IMG/VR virus record: IMGVR_UViG_3300025115_000004
Location: 1-64,000 of that record
DNA length: 64,000 nucleotides
Strand: one strand, 5' to 3'
DNA from: a virus
In this document: piece after piece, positions 1 through 7,807 of the stretch
Layout: each line of letters opens with the position of its first letter
Position numbering within the stretch: the stretch's first letter is position 1
Position numbers and translations under genes: made by a program
The notes under the pieces: model-generated
Told to the model about the DNA's origin: nothing
The model's input: the letters and a program-made list of their open reading frames with translations, nothing else
The model's database searches: none

Positions 1-145
1 GTATTATATCAAAAATGTTAATTCACAGATAATAATAAAATTACCGAGGCAGTAAAAATATTTGCCAAAACATTTGTTTATTAAAAAAACATTACACATT
101 TTCAAAAAAATAGCATTAAAGTATTGCTAATTCAAATAATATTAC

Positions 146-153
146 TATCTTTG
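146..153 (+). promoter_or_regulatory. Bacteroidota-type -7 promoter element (TATCTTTG) upstream of the cassette array; Pc-like position
   Basis: Matches TAnnTTTG, with TTG about 19 nt upstream (124-126). Confidence 0.5.
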
Positions 154-210
154 ATATGCTTACTGAATACACTATGCTAATAAAAGAAATTATAACGGCC
201 CCAAAAGCAG

Positions 211-474
211 ATGCGATTATTCCTTCGGGTGTATTCGGTAAGCCTTCTGTTTGCGGGGCTTATATATTTTGTCATGGAAACAATCTATAAATTTAAGGGA
301 AACATTGAGGGCAAGGAGGCTATCTGTAATGTATCAGAATGTACGTTTCAGTCTAACAAACCTAATGTTATGATTTTACCCGCTGATATGTGTACTGAGG
401 AAAGCGGAATTATTAAGATAACAAAAAGGGATTTTAATTGGTTGGCAAAAAATCATAAAATAGTATATAAGTAA
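211..474 (+). CDS. Hypothetical protein (true start probably ATG 274)
   Basis: ORF track; its 5' part overlaps a hairpin at 191-264; TAATG coupling to the next ORF. Confidence 0.55.
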   Translation: MRLFLRVYSVSLLFAGLIYFVMETIYKFKGNIEGKEAICNVSECTFQSNKPNVMILPADMCTEESGIIKITKRDFNWLAKNHKIVYK

Positions 475-731
475 TGGGACGGGAAAGATGCGCAATGATT
501 GAGCAGCGTTCCGGGAAGCTGTATTGTGGATATTATGATACTGGATGTCGGCAGTGTTCTGAAATTAAAAATTGTCCTGATGGGTTAGATGATGATTCTG
601 ATTATTTTCTTGAATCAGATATTGATGAGGTAGATCCAGTCCGTACTTTGGATTGTGTTAGCGGCGTGTTTCAATGCACGCTAACGGTTCTCGCATATAC
701 GAAGTGCGGGAATTTGAAACACAAAACATGA
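474..731 (+). CDS. Cys-rich/acidic leader protein reading in frame through the first GTT site (657)
   Basis: ORF track; codon 62 is the GTT of GTTAGCG. Confidence 0.55.
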   Translation: MGRERCAMIEQRSGKLYCGYYDTGCRQCSEIKNCPDGLDDDSDYFLESDIDEVDPVRTLDCVSGVFQCTLTVLAYTKCGNLKHKT

Positions 732-810
732 ATTATGCAGAAAAGTTTATTTGAAAATGCAGAGTTTGATTTACCACAGAACCCCGCATTGCGTATATGC
801 GATGTTGTGT
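679..810 (+). repeat. attC-like site 1 (CGCTAAC...GTTGTGT)
   Basis: Arms TCGCATATACGAAGTGCGGG (691-710) and CCCGCATTGCGTATATGCGA (783-802). Confidence 0.75.
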
Positions 811-1466
811 GCAGTTGCGGCTTTTCAGACGAAAGCCCCAAAGCTCTTTTTTTTATTGAGCAAGTAGATTATCAAACAGCAATGAAAATTGTAATTAATA
901 ACCACTATTTACATAGAAAGGCACCTTGCAGTAAAGCGTATGGACTTTTTTGTAACTCCTGCAAAACTATTGTAGGTGTAGTGGTGTATGGAACTCCATC
1001 ATCTTCAACTTTAAGAATGCTTTGCGGTGATGATGAGATAAATAATGTGATTGAATTAACAAGGCTTTGGATAAAAGACGGAACACCAAAGAATACAGAA
1101 AGTTTTTTAATTGGAAACACTGTTCGTAAAGTAGATAAGGAAATTATTGTAAGTTTTGCTGATACATCAGAAAATCACTTAGGGATTGTTTATCAGGCTA
1201 CAAATTGGATTTATACTGGATTAAATGCATCAGGAACTCAGAGATTTTTAGATGGTAAACCAATAACATTTCAGGCATATAAAGACAGACAAGATATTTC
1301 AAAACTGAAAGAAATTTATGGGGATAGACTAACAGTAGGGAAAAGAACACGGAAACACAGATACATTTTCTTTAATGCAAGGGGCAATAGAAAAAAAGAG
1401 CTTTTTGAAAAATTGAAATACAAGGTTGAGCCTTACCCGAAAACTTCAATAGATGCAGGGTCGTAG
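735..1466 (+). CDS. mom: Mom-like (GNAT-fold) DNA adenine modification protein
   Basis: Motifs HYLHRK, ELTRLW..NTESFLI, SFAD...HLGIVYQATNWIYTG typical of the Mu Mom-like family. Confidence 0.75.
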   Translation: MQKSLFENAEFDLPQNPALRICDVVCSCGFSDESPKALFFIEQVDYQTAMKIVINNHYLHRKAPCSKAYGLFCNSCKTIVGVVVYGTPSSSTLRMLCGDDEINNVIELTRLWIKDGTPKNTESFLIGNTVRKVDKEIIVSFADTSENHLGIVYQATNWIYTGLNASGTQRFLDGKPITFQAYKDRQDISKLKEIYGDRLTVGKRTRKHRYIFFNARGNRKKELFEKLKYKVEPYPKTSIDAGS

Positions 1467-1473
1467 CAATTGC

Positions 1474-1538
1474 ACACAACGGATCGGTAATAAAATTGCG
1501 TTGAGGTTACGAAATGAATTTTATTATCCGTGTTAGGC
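1474..1538 (+). repeat. attC-like site 2 (ACACAAC...GTTAGGC)
   Basis: Arms GGA..TAATAAAATT and AATTTTATTATCC; canonical GTTRRRY end. Confidence 0.75.
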
Positions 1539-1576
1539 GTAGAACTTATTAGGATTTAATCACGAAATAAAAATTA

Positions 1577-1834
1577 ATGGCGATGGCAGCAATAGATAAA
1601 ATTTACGGAACCGAGGAGCAATATGCAGAATTAAAATTATGGCTTCAAAATAACAAGCCTTCTGCAATAAAATATCTTTACATGGAAGGCGGATGGATGA
1701 ATAATGAAGAAAGACCGATTAGTAATTTTCCGACAAGAATAGATAAGTGGTTGCTTAAAAACTGTTCTATCAAATGGGTGCAAGAAAGGCTAAGAGAACA
1801 ATACGGATTAAAACGCAATGAGATCACAGGCTAA
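1577..1834 (+). CDS. Hypothetical cassette protein
   Basis: ORF between GTTAGGCG (1532) and CGCCTAAC (1859). Confidence 0.7.
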   Translation: MAMAAIDKIYGTEEQYAELKLWLQNNKPSAIKYLYMEGGWMNNEERPISNFPTRIDKWLLKNCSIKWVQERLREQYGLKRNEITG

Positions 1835-1852
1835 TTTTTATTTCGGTTTTGC

Positions 1853-1984
1853 GCCTAACGGACACAAATAAATACAGAAGCGGTATGAAAAAAGAAATAC
1901 GTAAAATATTAAAGAAACTTCAAGATGGTAAGTTGGCTGTGTTTCAAGCGGAGCAGCAGCTTTTGGATTTATTTGCTGTTATAA
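1853..1984 (+). repeat. attC-like site 3 (GCCTAAC...GTTATAA)
   Basis: Arms CAAATAAATACAGAAGC and GCTTTTGGATTTATTTG. Confidence 0.7.
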
Positions 1985-2157
1985 ACTGGGTGGCGTTCGA
2001 CTTCTACAAACTTGAAACACGACCACCCAAATACGGGAGGTATCTGATATGCAGAAAAGATGGTAAAATTCATTGGGAAACTTGGAACGGGAATGGGTGG
2101 GCTTATAATCACAACGAAATTCGATACTGGGCGGAAATTAAGCCACCTTGTTTATAA
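1885..2157 (+). CDS. DUF551-like small phage protein; N-terminal 31 aa encoded inside the attC loop
   Basis: W...RPPKYGRYL...WNG.W...IRYWAEI.PP pattern; ATG 1885 is in frame with GTT 1978; its stop TAA lies in the next R'' (TTATAAC). Confidence 0.6.
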   Translation: MKKEIRKILKKLQDGKLAVFQAEQQLLDLFAVINWVAFDFYKLETRPPKYGRYLICRKDGKIHWETWNGNGWAYNHNEIRYWAEIKPPCL

Positions 2158-2251
2158 CGAATGGGGCTATGTTTTAGTTTTTGCCTTGCAGAAACTCCAT
2201 TATTTGAATAAAACTTTATAAGGCAAAAATTAAATATAGCCCGTGTTATCG
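2152..2251 (+). repeat. attC-like site 4 (TTATAAC...GTTATCG)
   Basis: Arms GGGCTATGTTTTAGTTTTTGCCTT and AAGGCAAAAATTAAATATAGCCC. Confidence 0.75.
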
Positions 2252-2268
2252 GCTTTTAATCTTTATTT

Positions 2269-3018
2269 ATGAATTTAGAAGAAAAATCAATCGAATTTAT
2301 CCGAAAAGTAGCAGAAAGTTACAAAGGACAACAATTATATGCAGGGAATAGCGGTGGAAAAGATAGTGCGGTACTTGATTACCTATTGCAAAAAAGTGGC
2401 ATAGAATACAAAAGCTACTATACCAATACAACTATTGACCCAATCGGAACTATACGCCACATAAGAGAAAATTACCCGCACACCGAAATATTGCAACCAA
2501 AACTTACCTTTTACCAATTGGTTGAAAAGAAAGGATTGCCGACTCGATTAAATCGTTATTGCTGTGAAAGATTAAAAGAGTATGGAAGTGTTGGTAAAAT
2601 AGTTTTTGAAGGAGTAAGAAGTGCCGAAAGTAGCAAAAGAAGTGGTAGAGACTACATACAATGCGACAACCGCAAATGGCAAAAAGGAAGCCAACACATA
2701 TATCCATTGTACGAATGGACTGATGAAGATATTTTAAACTTTATTGCAGAAAAAAATATACAACTTGCGCCTGCATATAGTTTAGGATTAAAAAGACTTG
2801 GCTGTGTTGGTTGCCCATTGGTAAGCAGAAAAGGACACCGACAACACGAATTTGAACTATACCCAAAATATTACGAAGCTATTAAAAAAGCAATTCAAAA
2901 AGGTATGAATAATAACCCACAATGGAAACTTACTCAATTATCAAATTGTGATAGTCAAAAAGCAATGGATTGGTGGTTAAGTGGCAAAACAATGAATGAG
3001 TGGTTTGGCTCTCTTTAA
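2269..3018 (+). CDS. PAPS reductase / PP-loop family protein (probable DNA-modification enzyme)
   Basis: SGGKDS PP-loop, RYCCERLKE, GVRSAES..R, RLGCVGCP. Confidence 0.85.
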   Translation: MNLEEKSIEFIRKVAESYKGQQLYAGNSGGKDSAVLDYLLQKSGIEYKSYYTNTTIDPIGTIRHIRENYPHTEILQPKLTFYQLVEKKGLPTRLNRYCCERLKEYGSVGKIVFEGVRSAESSKRSGRDYIQCDNRKWQKGSQHIYPLYEWTDEDILNFIAEKNIQLAPAYSLGLKRLGCVGCPLVSRKGHRQHEFELYPKYYEAIKKAIQKGMNNNPQWKLTQLSNCDSQKAMDWWLSGKTMNEWFGSL

Positions 3019-3022
3019 TTGC

Positions 3023-3063
3023 CGATAACTACCGGATAAGTTAACATCTTGTTAATTTATCCG
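3023..3063 (+). repeat. Terminal truncated attC-like site or hairpin
   Basis: CGATAAC followed by hairpin CGGATAAGTTAACA/TGTTAATTTATCCG; no following GTT. Confidence 0.55.
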
Positions 3064-3107
3064 CACAAAACAAGTGTATAGATAGAAAAAGACTTAACAT
3101 ATACAAC

Positions 3108-3245
3108 ATGAAAGACCAGACAAGACTACCAGAAGATTCCGATACAATAGTGGAGCTTATTGCTATTGTATGTGCATTCTTCATGGTTATGGGCGTGATT
3201 GCATTTATTGTGTCTATTGTATTACTTATTAAATATATTTTATGA
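3108..3245 (+). CDS. Small single-TM membrane peptide (45 aa)
   Basis: Manual translation MKDQTRLPEDSDTIVELIAIVCAFFMVMGVIAFIVSIVLLIKYIL. Confidence 0.5.
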   Translation: MKDQTRLPEDSDTIVELIAIVCAFFMVMGVIAFIVSIVLLIKYIL

Positions 3246-3415
3246 AAAAGACAGAAGTAGCAATCAGATTAACATGGAGCAAGGTAATGGCATTTATTAT
3301 CCTTGCTTGTAGTATGTTCCTTGACATAGCTATTGAAGGAAGGGCAAGCACCTTCTTTATGGCTGCGCCTCTTGCTGCCGGGCTTATTGCCGTACCATGC
3401 TTATGGTGTAGGTAA
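3242..3415 (+). CDS. Small two-TM membrane peptide (57 aa)
   Basis: ATGA overlap with previous ORF; two hydrophobic segments. Confidence 0.5.
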   Translation: MKKTEVAIRLTWSKVMAFIILACSMFLDIAIEGRASTFFMAAPLAAGLIAVPCLWCR

Positions 3416-3540
3416 ATATCACAGCCTTGGTAAGGAATACCCTATGCCTGACATCGTCCCGCCCACCAAAGAGCGGATGATAACTATAAAGAAGTTCTTA
3501 GAAGAGACTGTCCCAAACTTGACAGTCCATGTAGGATAAA

Positions 3541-3565
3541 AAAAGGCGGGATCAACCCGCCTTTT
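3541..3565. terminator. Bidirectional intrinsic terminator between convergent units
   Basis: AAAAGGCGGG-ATCAA-CCCGCCTTTT. Confidence 0.7.
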
Positions 3566-3950
3566 CTATAATCTCCTCTTTACGCTGTTTTAACCTCTGG
3601 ATCGTGTAATCAATGATTGCACAGGCCGTGTGATTAGGTAGCGTCATGTGAATAGATACTATATCCTTCAAATCTTTACTAGGATAAAACCTTGTATACC
3701 CGCAGGTAATAGGTCTGGGAAGCTCATCTGAATCCGGATCGAAGTCCATATCAGGAGGGAAGAATAGAGGTTCCATAATAGGCCTCATATTGACATCCTC
3801 AGGAAGATTTTCCATAGATATGTCCACATCTACAGGCGATTTTAACAACCTCTTACCTAGCTCTTCCAGCATAGCTATTTGAGAATCAATATACTTGATC
3901 TCCTCAAACTGCTTGGAGGCCTTCTGTAGTTTAATCAGATTTGGATGCAT
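3552..3950 (-). CDS. Hypothetical protein
   Basis: ORF track; TATATTTG promoter element at 3963-3970. Confidence 0.65.
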   Translation of the reverse strand: MHPNLIKLQKASKQFEEIKYIDSQIAMLEELGKRLLKSPVDVDISMENLPEDVNMRPIMEPLFFPPDMDFDPDSDELPRPITCGYTRFYPSKDLKDIVSIHMTLPNHTACAIIDYTIQRLKQRKEEIIEKAG

Positions 3951-3977
3951 ATGCTATTTTTACAAATATAGTGATTA

Positions 3978-4118
3978 TTAGGACTCCTGCTCATTCATAG
4001 CGCAGGGTACACAAGTCTTCAAACCATCATTGTCAGCATAGTTACATCCCTTAGACACAAGTGTCCCACATAGGGGACACTTGAATCTATAATAGGATAT
4101 CCGGATGATGAACTTCAT
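3978..4118 (-). CDS. Small zinc-ribbon protein (46 aa)
   Basis: Manual translation with CPLC...CVPC; ATGA overlap with upstream gene. Confidence 0.55.
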   Translation of the reverse strand: MKFIIRISYYRFKCPLCGTLVSKGCNYADNDGLKTCVPCAMNEQES

Positions 4119-4777
4119 ATCCTGAAGTTAGATATATGATCATATTCGGCTTTCAATACGGCCAGAGCCTGCTCAGCCTCGTACTCACTTATAGCCCAAG
4201 TCTGACGTTTCTCCCACACTTCAGAAGACTCTTCCTCTATTTTTGCCAACATCTTGTCTCTGATCACAGGAGAAGGGTAGTATCTGGTGATATTACCAGA
4301 AGGATCAATGTGCTTGATGACCATGAAACGATCAGTACCTATCTTCCTCTGATGGAGGTAATAATGGACTCTATCATGAGCCTCAGAACTGGATACACCT
4401 ATATACACCATCTCATTATCCTTGTAGACCCTGTATTTCCGGCCTTTAGGGGTCTGATCCTTACGGTTCAGAAGTTTAATAAAGTCCATAGGTTCCTCCC
4501 TTGCATCGATCTTGGTCTCAATACGCATCAGATACTGATTGTACACTACTACCTCATCAGGTTTCAGGCAGCCTCCTCTATAGATGTCGATAAAATCGAG
4601 TTCTACCAACACCAGCCTGTGCTTCTCTTTGAAGTGGGTGAAGTAACGATTAGTTTTGGGGAGATGCCCCCATTCCTCCTTACCTGACTGGGTAATAACC
4701 TTTACTTTCTCCAATTCTTTCCTCATGGCTACATCAATAACCATCTCAGTGTCGAGCGAATACATAGTCCTATCCAT
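4115..4777 (-). CDS. Hypothetical protein
   Basis: ORF track; TAGCCATG junction with previous gene. Confidence 0.7.
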   Translation of the reverse strand: MDRTMYSLDTEMVIDVAMRKELEKVKVITQSGKEEWGHLPKTNRYFTHFKEKHRLVLVELDFIDIYRGGCLKPDEVVVYNQYLMRIETKIDAREEPMDFIKLLNRKDQTPKGRKYRVYKDNEMVYIGVSSSEAHDRVHYYLHQRKIGTDRFMVIKHIDPSGNITRYYPSPVIRDKMLAKIEEESSEVWEKRQTWAISEYEAEQALAVLKAEYDHISNFRI

Positions 4778-4779
4778 GG

Positions 4780-4980
4780 CTACTCCTCCGATCTTTTTGA
4801 TTCGTTAGGTAGCACCTCTTTGATGTACCCTGAAGCATCCAGTTCACAGAGAGTCTGAAACGGGAAAAGTTTCTTGGCCTCTCTGCGAAGAAGGTTCCAA
4901 TGCTGGACATTAGTAGCCGCAGACATGTGCTTTTTTAGTTCCACAAGACTGTGGTTCACTTTCATAATAGCTTTACTCAT
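4780..4980 (-). CDS. Hypothetical protein
   Basis: ORF track; TATCTTTG promoter element upstream near 5020. Confidence 0.65.
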   Translation of the reverse strand: MSKAIMKVNHSLVELKKHMSAATNVQHWNLLRREAKKLFPFQTLCELDASGYIKEVLPNESKRSEE

Positions 4981-5069
4981 GATAAAATAGTTTAAGTTAA
5001 TACTGTAATCTTATCCCTACAAAGATAGGTAAATAAAAGATACGTACCAAATCTCTAGGTAATAATTGA

Positions 5070-5111
5070 ACCGTATGCCGGAGACGATCCGGCACTAGCT
5101 CCAAGTACGGT
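5070..5111 (-). ncRNA. tRNA-like mini element 1 (no anticodon arm)
   Basis: ACCGTA CTTGGAGC TAG TGCCGG ATCGTCT CCGGCA TACGGT TCAA. Confidence 0.7.
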
Positions 5112-5995
5112 TATTCTTCTCTGCGATCTTCAAGGAAGAATTTTGCATCCCTAAGATCATCCTTTCCGGCCTGCTCCTTAGCCATACAAGCCTGATACTT
5201 TTCCTTATCAATTAAGGCACGAATTGCATCATCCAGTATGTTATGAAGGACTTCAGGACGAAGGGCATCAACCTCCCACGATACCGGACCAAACTTTCTG
5301 ATGTAGTCTTTAGCTCTGGGGTCTGTAACTTTGGCGGGGTTAGGGGGAGGGTTATACTCTCTTATCTGATTCTGTGTCAGAGCTAAAGCATGCAACTCAA
5401 ACACATAATCCCCACGAAACTCTTCGATACGTTCTCTGATATCCCTGATCATATCCTGACCTGAGGGATCGAAGTCTCCTATATACAGGATAGTAGGCCA
5501 TGCATTAGCAGAGGAGAATCTCACATGAGCATCATACATAGCAGTTACGCTAGAGTACCCCCTGTTCACTATGATAGGAATACCATAACTTCTGGTTACC
5601 CTGTTTAATACTCCTGAGAGTGCGTCCTTCTCCACCCACACTTCAATGTACACCGGTTGATCTTCCATCCTATCCACCCTGTATTGCCTGATACAGGAGT
5701 TAATCATGTCCTCAGGAGACTTCCATGAAGAAGGTACATCAGGTTTCCTTAGGCGGTCTTCAATCGCATCCCAGTCTACCACTCCGGCCATTCTTCCCTC
5801 TTTGAGTAGAGTGGATAATTTGCCGTACTCTTTGACATTGTTAGGGATGACATCATGAGAGACCAACTGATAATACAACTGACGAAGAGTCAATCGATAC
5901 CCCTGATCCTGATACGAAACAATGATGTCGTTGATCATGTCAAGTCTTCTCAGATTGTCTTTCGATAATCTAATGTTTCTAAATGCTATTTTCAT
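5111..5995 (-). CDS. TOPRIM-domain protein, Topo VI-A/Spo11/JetD-like
   Basis: TLRQLYYQL, EVWVEKDAL, RGYSS, YIGDFDPSG, WEVDAL. Confidence 0.8.
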   Translation of the reverse strand: MKIAFRNIRLSKDNLRRLDMINDIIVSYQDQGYRLTLRQLYYQLVSHDVIPNNVKEYGKLSTLLKEGRMAGVVDWDAIEDRLRKPDVPSSWKSPEDMINSCIRQYRVDRMEDQPVYIEVWVEKDALSGVLNRVTRSYGIPIIVNRGYSSVTAMYDAHVRFSSANAWPTILYIGDFDPSGQDMIRDIRERIEEFRGDYVFELHALALTQNQIREYNPPPNPAKVTDPRAKDYIRKFGPVSWEVDALRPEVLHNILDDAIRALIDKEKYQACMAKEQAGKDDLRDAKFFLEDRREE

Positions 5996-6030
5996 AACTA
6001 TTGTATTGGTTTCTAGGCATATGCCTATTG

Positions 6031-6075
6031 AACCCGAAGAGGGAAACGATCCCTCTCCTGCTCCATAGTCGGGTT
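6031..6075 (-). ncRNA. tRNA-like mini element 2
   Basis: ACCCGA CTATGGAGC AGG AGAGGG ATCGTTT CCCTCT TCGGGT TCAA. Confidence 0.7.
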
Positions 6076-6306
6076 TTAATACAATATGTTTTCAATGTCC
6101 CTACGAACCACAGGATAACCCGCAATATCATCCGAGAATATCCTTGACTGATGAAAATTTCCATCAGGCATAACCTGATCCGGAGCGACCTCCCTTACCC
6201 TGTCCTCCTCATCATTATCCCAATCAACAAGGATGATCTGAGTGTCTGAATCGGTGATAATATGGGTGATTGAACCACATACCACCTCAATAAGAATTTT
6301 TCTCAT
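6076..6306 (-). CDS. Hypothetical early protein
   Basis: ORF track; TAGTTATG start context. Confidence 0.7.
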   Translation of the reverse strand: MRKILIEVVCGSITHIITDSDTQIILVDWDNDEEDRVREVAPDQVMPDGNFHQSRIFSDDIAGYPVVRRDIENILY

Positions 6307-6327
6307 AACTACTTAATTTATTGGTTA

Positions 6328-6513
6328 TTAATCAATTCTCTCGGGATCGATATCAAACCACCTCCGAGCCGGTAGCCTGTTTTTAAACTTCTGCATAGCC
6401 TTGCGTTTGGCTTCGCCTGATGTCCGTGCCTTAACAAAGTAATCCACCGTCACATTCATGCCGATCTCTACCCTGTAAGACTTGATAGCTGATTTCTTCC
6501 TTTTACCTACCAT
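6328..6513 (-). CDS. Hypothetical basic early protein
   Basis: ORF track; TAGTTATG start context. Confidence 0.7.
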   Translation of the reverse strand: MVGKRKKSAIKSYRVEIGMNVTVDYFVKARTSGEAKRKAMQKFKNRLPARRWFDIDPERID

Positions 6514-6515
6514 AA

Positions 6516-6722
6516 CTATTTGTATTTGTACCTACCTTCATAATCCTCATAAGAGAGGATAATACCTGCTACAAGCATCGTTAAGATACTTATAACTGTG
6601 AGAAGAGTCCACCACCATGTGGGGAGAGCGATCCATACACACACAAGTGTCGAAAGACAGGATATGTGCATTACAACATCCCAATAAGGGAAAGGCTTAC
6701 CACCTTTGTATCGAGTTTTCAT
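6516..6722 (-). CDS. Two-TM membrane protein (start reassigned to ATG 6722)
   Basis: ATGA overlap with upstream gene; hydrophobic segments. Confidence 0.6.
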   Translation of the reverse strand: MKTRYKGGKPFPYWDVVMHISCLSTLVCVWIALPTWWWTLLTVISILTMLVAGIILSYEDYEGRYKYK

Positions 6723-7126
6723 ACGTGTACTGAGTGAATATAGTAATTTACCCACTCCTGACGTACTTTCAGGTACTCTCCGATTGTTCTGGCTACAGCC
6801 TCCATGAACATGGAAATGTAGCACATATCATCTTCAAGGAACCCTTCAACCTCGAAACCAGAGGTCTCCAGAGTCTTACGGAGAGCGTAGTCAATAGCCA
6901 GAAAACTGTTCTGACATATAGCACTCCCGCTAGCGTGTACAGTCTGGTCATCGATCTGTAAAGTGAAAGAGACCACCCCGTTACTTCGATACATCCGGAG
7001 GGTTACAGGATTAAATAACTTCCTGTTTCGTCCGGCAATGATGGCGCATTCAGCTACGAAGGATCGATCCTGACGATGCCTAATGCTGTCCATCCCTTTC
7101 TTAGGTTCAAAAGACGTGATTTTCAT
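6719..7126 (-). CDS. Hypothetical early protein
   Basis: ORF track; TAGTTATG start. Confidence 0.7.
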   Translation of the reverse strand: MKITSFEPKKGMDSIRHRQDRSFVAECAIIAGRNRKLFNPVTLRMYRSNGVVSFTLQIDDQTVHASGSAICQNSFLAIDYALRKTLETSGFEVEGFLEDDMCYISMFMEAVARTIGEYLKVRQEWVNYYIHSVHV

Positions 7127-7128
7127 AA

Positions 7129-7524
7129 CTACTTAGTTTTTAGTGATTTGTACTTACCTTCATAACCAAATTTGACAGCATGCTTTGCTAGCTGTGGCGG
7201 GATGTGCTGGCATTCCTGTAGCTCATCCCCCGTGTACAGTACCCCACCGAGGACTGTGAATAGCTTTCCCCGATAATAGAACTGTTTGTCAGGATACTCA
7301 GGCTCAGGATCATTAACTATCTGTGTACCAAGTTTTTGCTCGATCCACTGAAGAATGATCTTTAGCCTTGTGTAGTTGGGGAACCTTCTTCTGTGTAGCG
7401 GGAACAGGTTGTGATCATAAATGATCACATAAATGTACCGCCTCTTTCCACACTGACGACTGTAACGAGTCACCAGATGCTTACGTTTCCCCACCGAAAC
7501 TGTAAACGTGTTTTTTAACCTCAT
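7129..7524 (-). CDS. Hypothetical early protein
   Basis: ORF track. Confidence 0.65.
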   Translation of the reverse strand: MRLKNTFTVSVGKRKHLVTRYSRQCGKRRYIYVIIYDHNLFPLHRRRFPNYTRLKIILQWIEQKLGTQIVNDPEPEYPDKQFYYRGKLFTVLGGVLYTGDELQECQHIPPQLAKHAVKFGYEGKYKSLKTK

Positions 7525-7542
7525 TTCTACTGTATTAATTTG

Positions 7543-7586
7543 AACCGGATCAGGGAATCGAACCCTGATCTTGCTCCAAGCCGGTT
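7543..7586 (-). ncRNA. tRNA-like mini element 3
   Basis: ACCGG CTTGGAGC AAG ATCAGGG TTCGATT CCCTGAT CCGGT TCAA. Confidence 0.75.
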
Positions 7587-7794
7587 ATTTCACTAAAACG
7601 CATCCTGTCCTATAGGCGTCCAGAAACTCCACGTAGGTGTCGTCATAGTAGATCAGAGCAGAAAAAGCGGTTTCATCAGTGGAAAATCGTATGTCCTTTA
7701 CCCTGATCTGCAGATCGTTACTATCCAACCACTGGTTGATGCTTTCCTCCAGTTCTATTGATCTGGTTGACACAAAAATCTTAACTTTCTTCAT
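7585..7794 (-). CDS. Small protein resembling Cse60/DUF2758-like family
   Basis: KVKIF...LEESINQWL...VKDIRFS...SALIYY pattern. Confidence 0.55.
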   Translation of the reverse strand: MKKVKIFVSTRSIELEESINQWLDSNDLQIRVKDIRFSTDETAFSALIYYDDTYVEFLDAYRTGCVLVK

Positions 7795-7807
7795 AACTAC
7801 TTGGTTT

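Larger units (their letters stand above)
657..3063 (+). mobile_element. Integron-like gene cassette array (CALIN-like; no integrase in window)
   Basis: Four attC-like imperfect inverted repeats plus a terminal half-site; each cassette's start (GTTnnnn) is complementary to its own end (nnnnAAC). Confidence 0.75.

Noticed and set aside
2269-3018. Auxiliary sulfur-assimilation gene (cysH) or complete Dnd phosphorothioation system
   Set aside because: No other cys or dnd genes nearby; the context next to a Mom-like gene favours DNA modification, though this is not proven.
1-3600. Integron integrase adjacent to the cassette array
   Set aside because: No tyrosine-recombinase ORF (R-H-R-Y motifs) in the window; it may lie outside.
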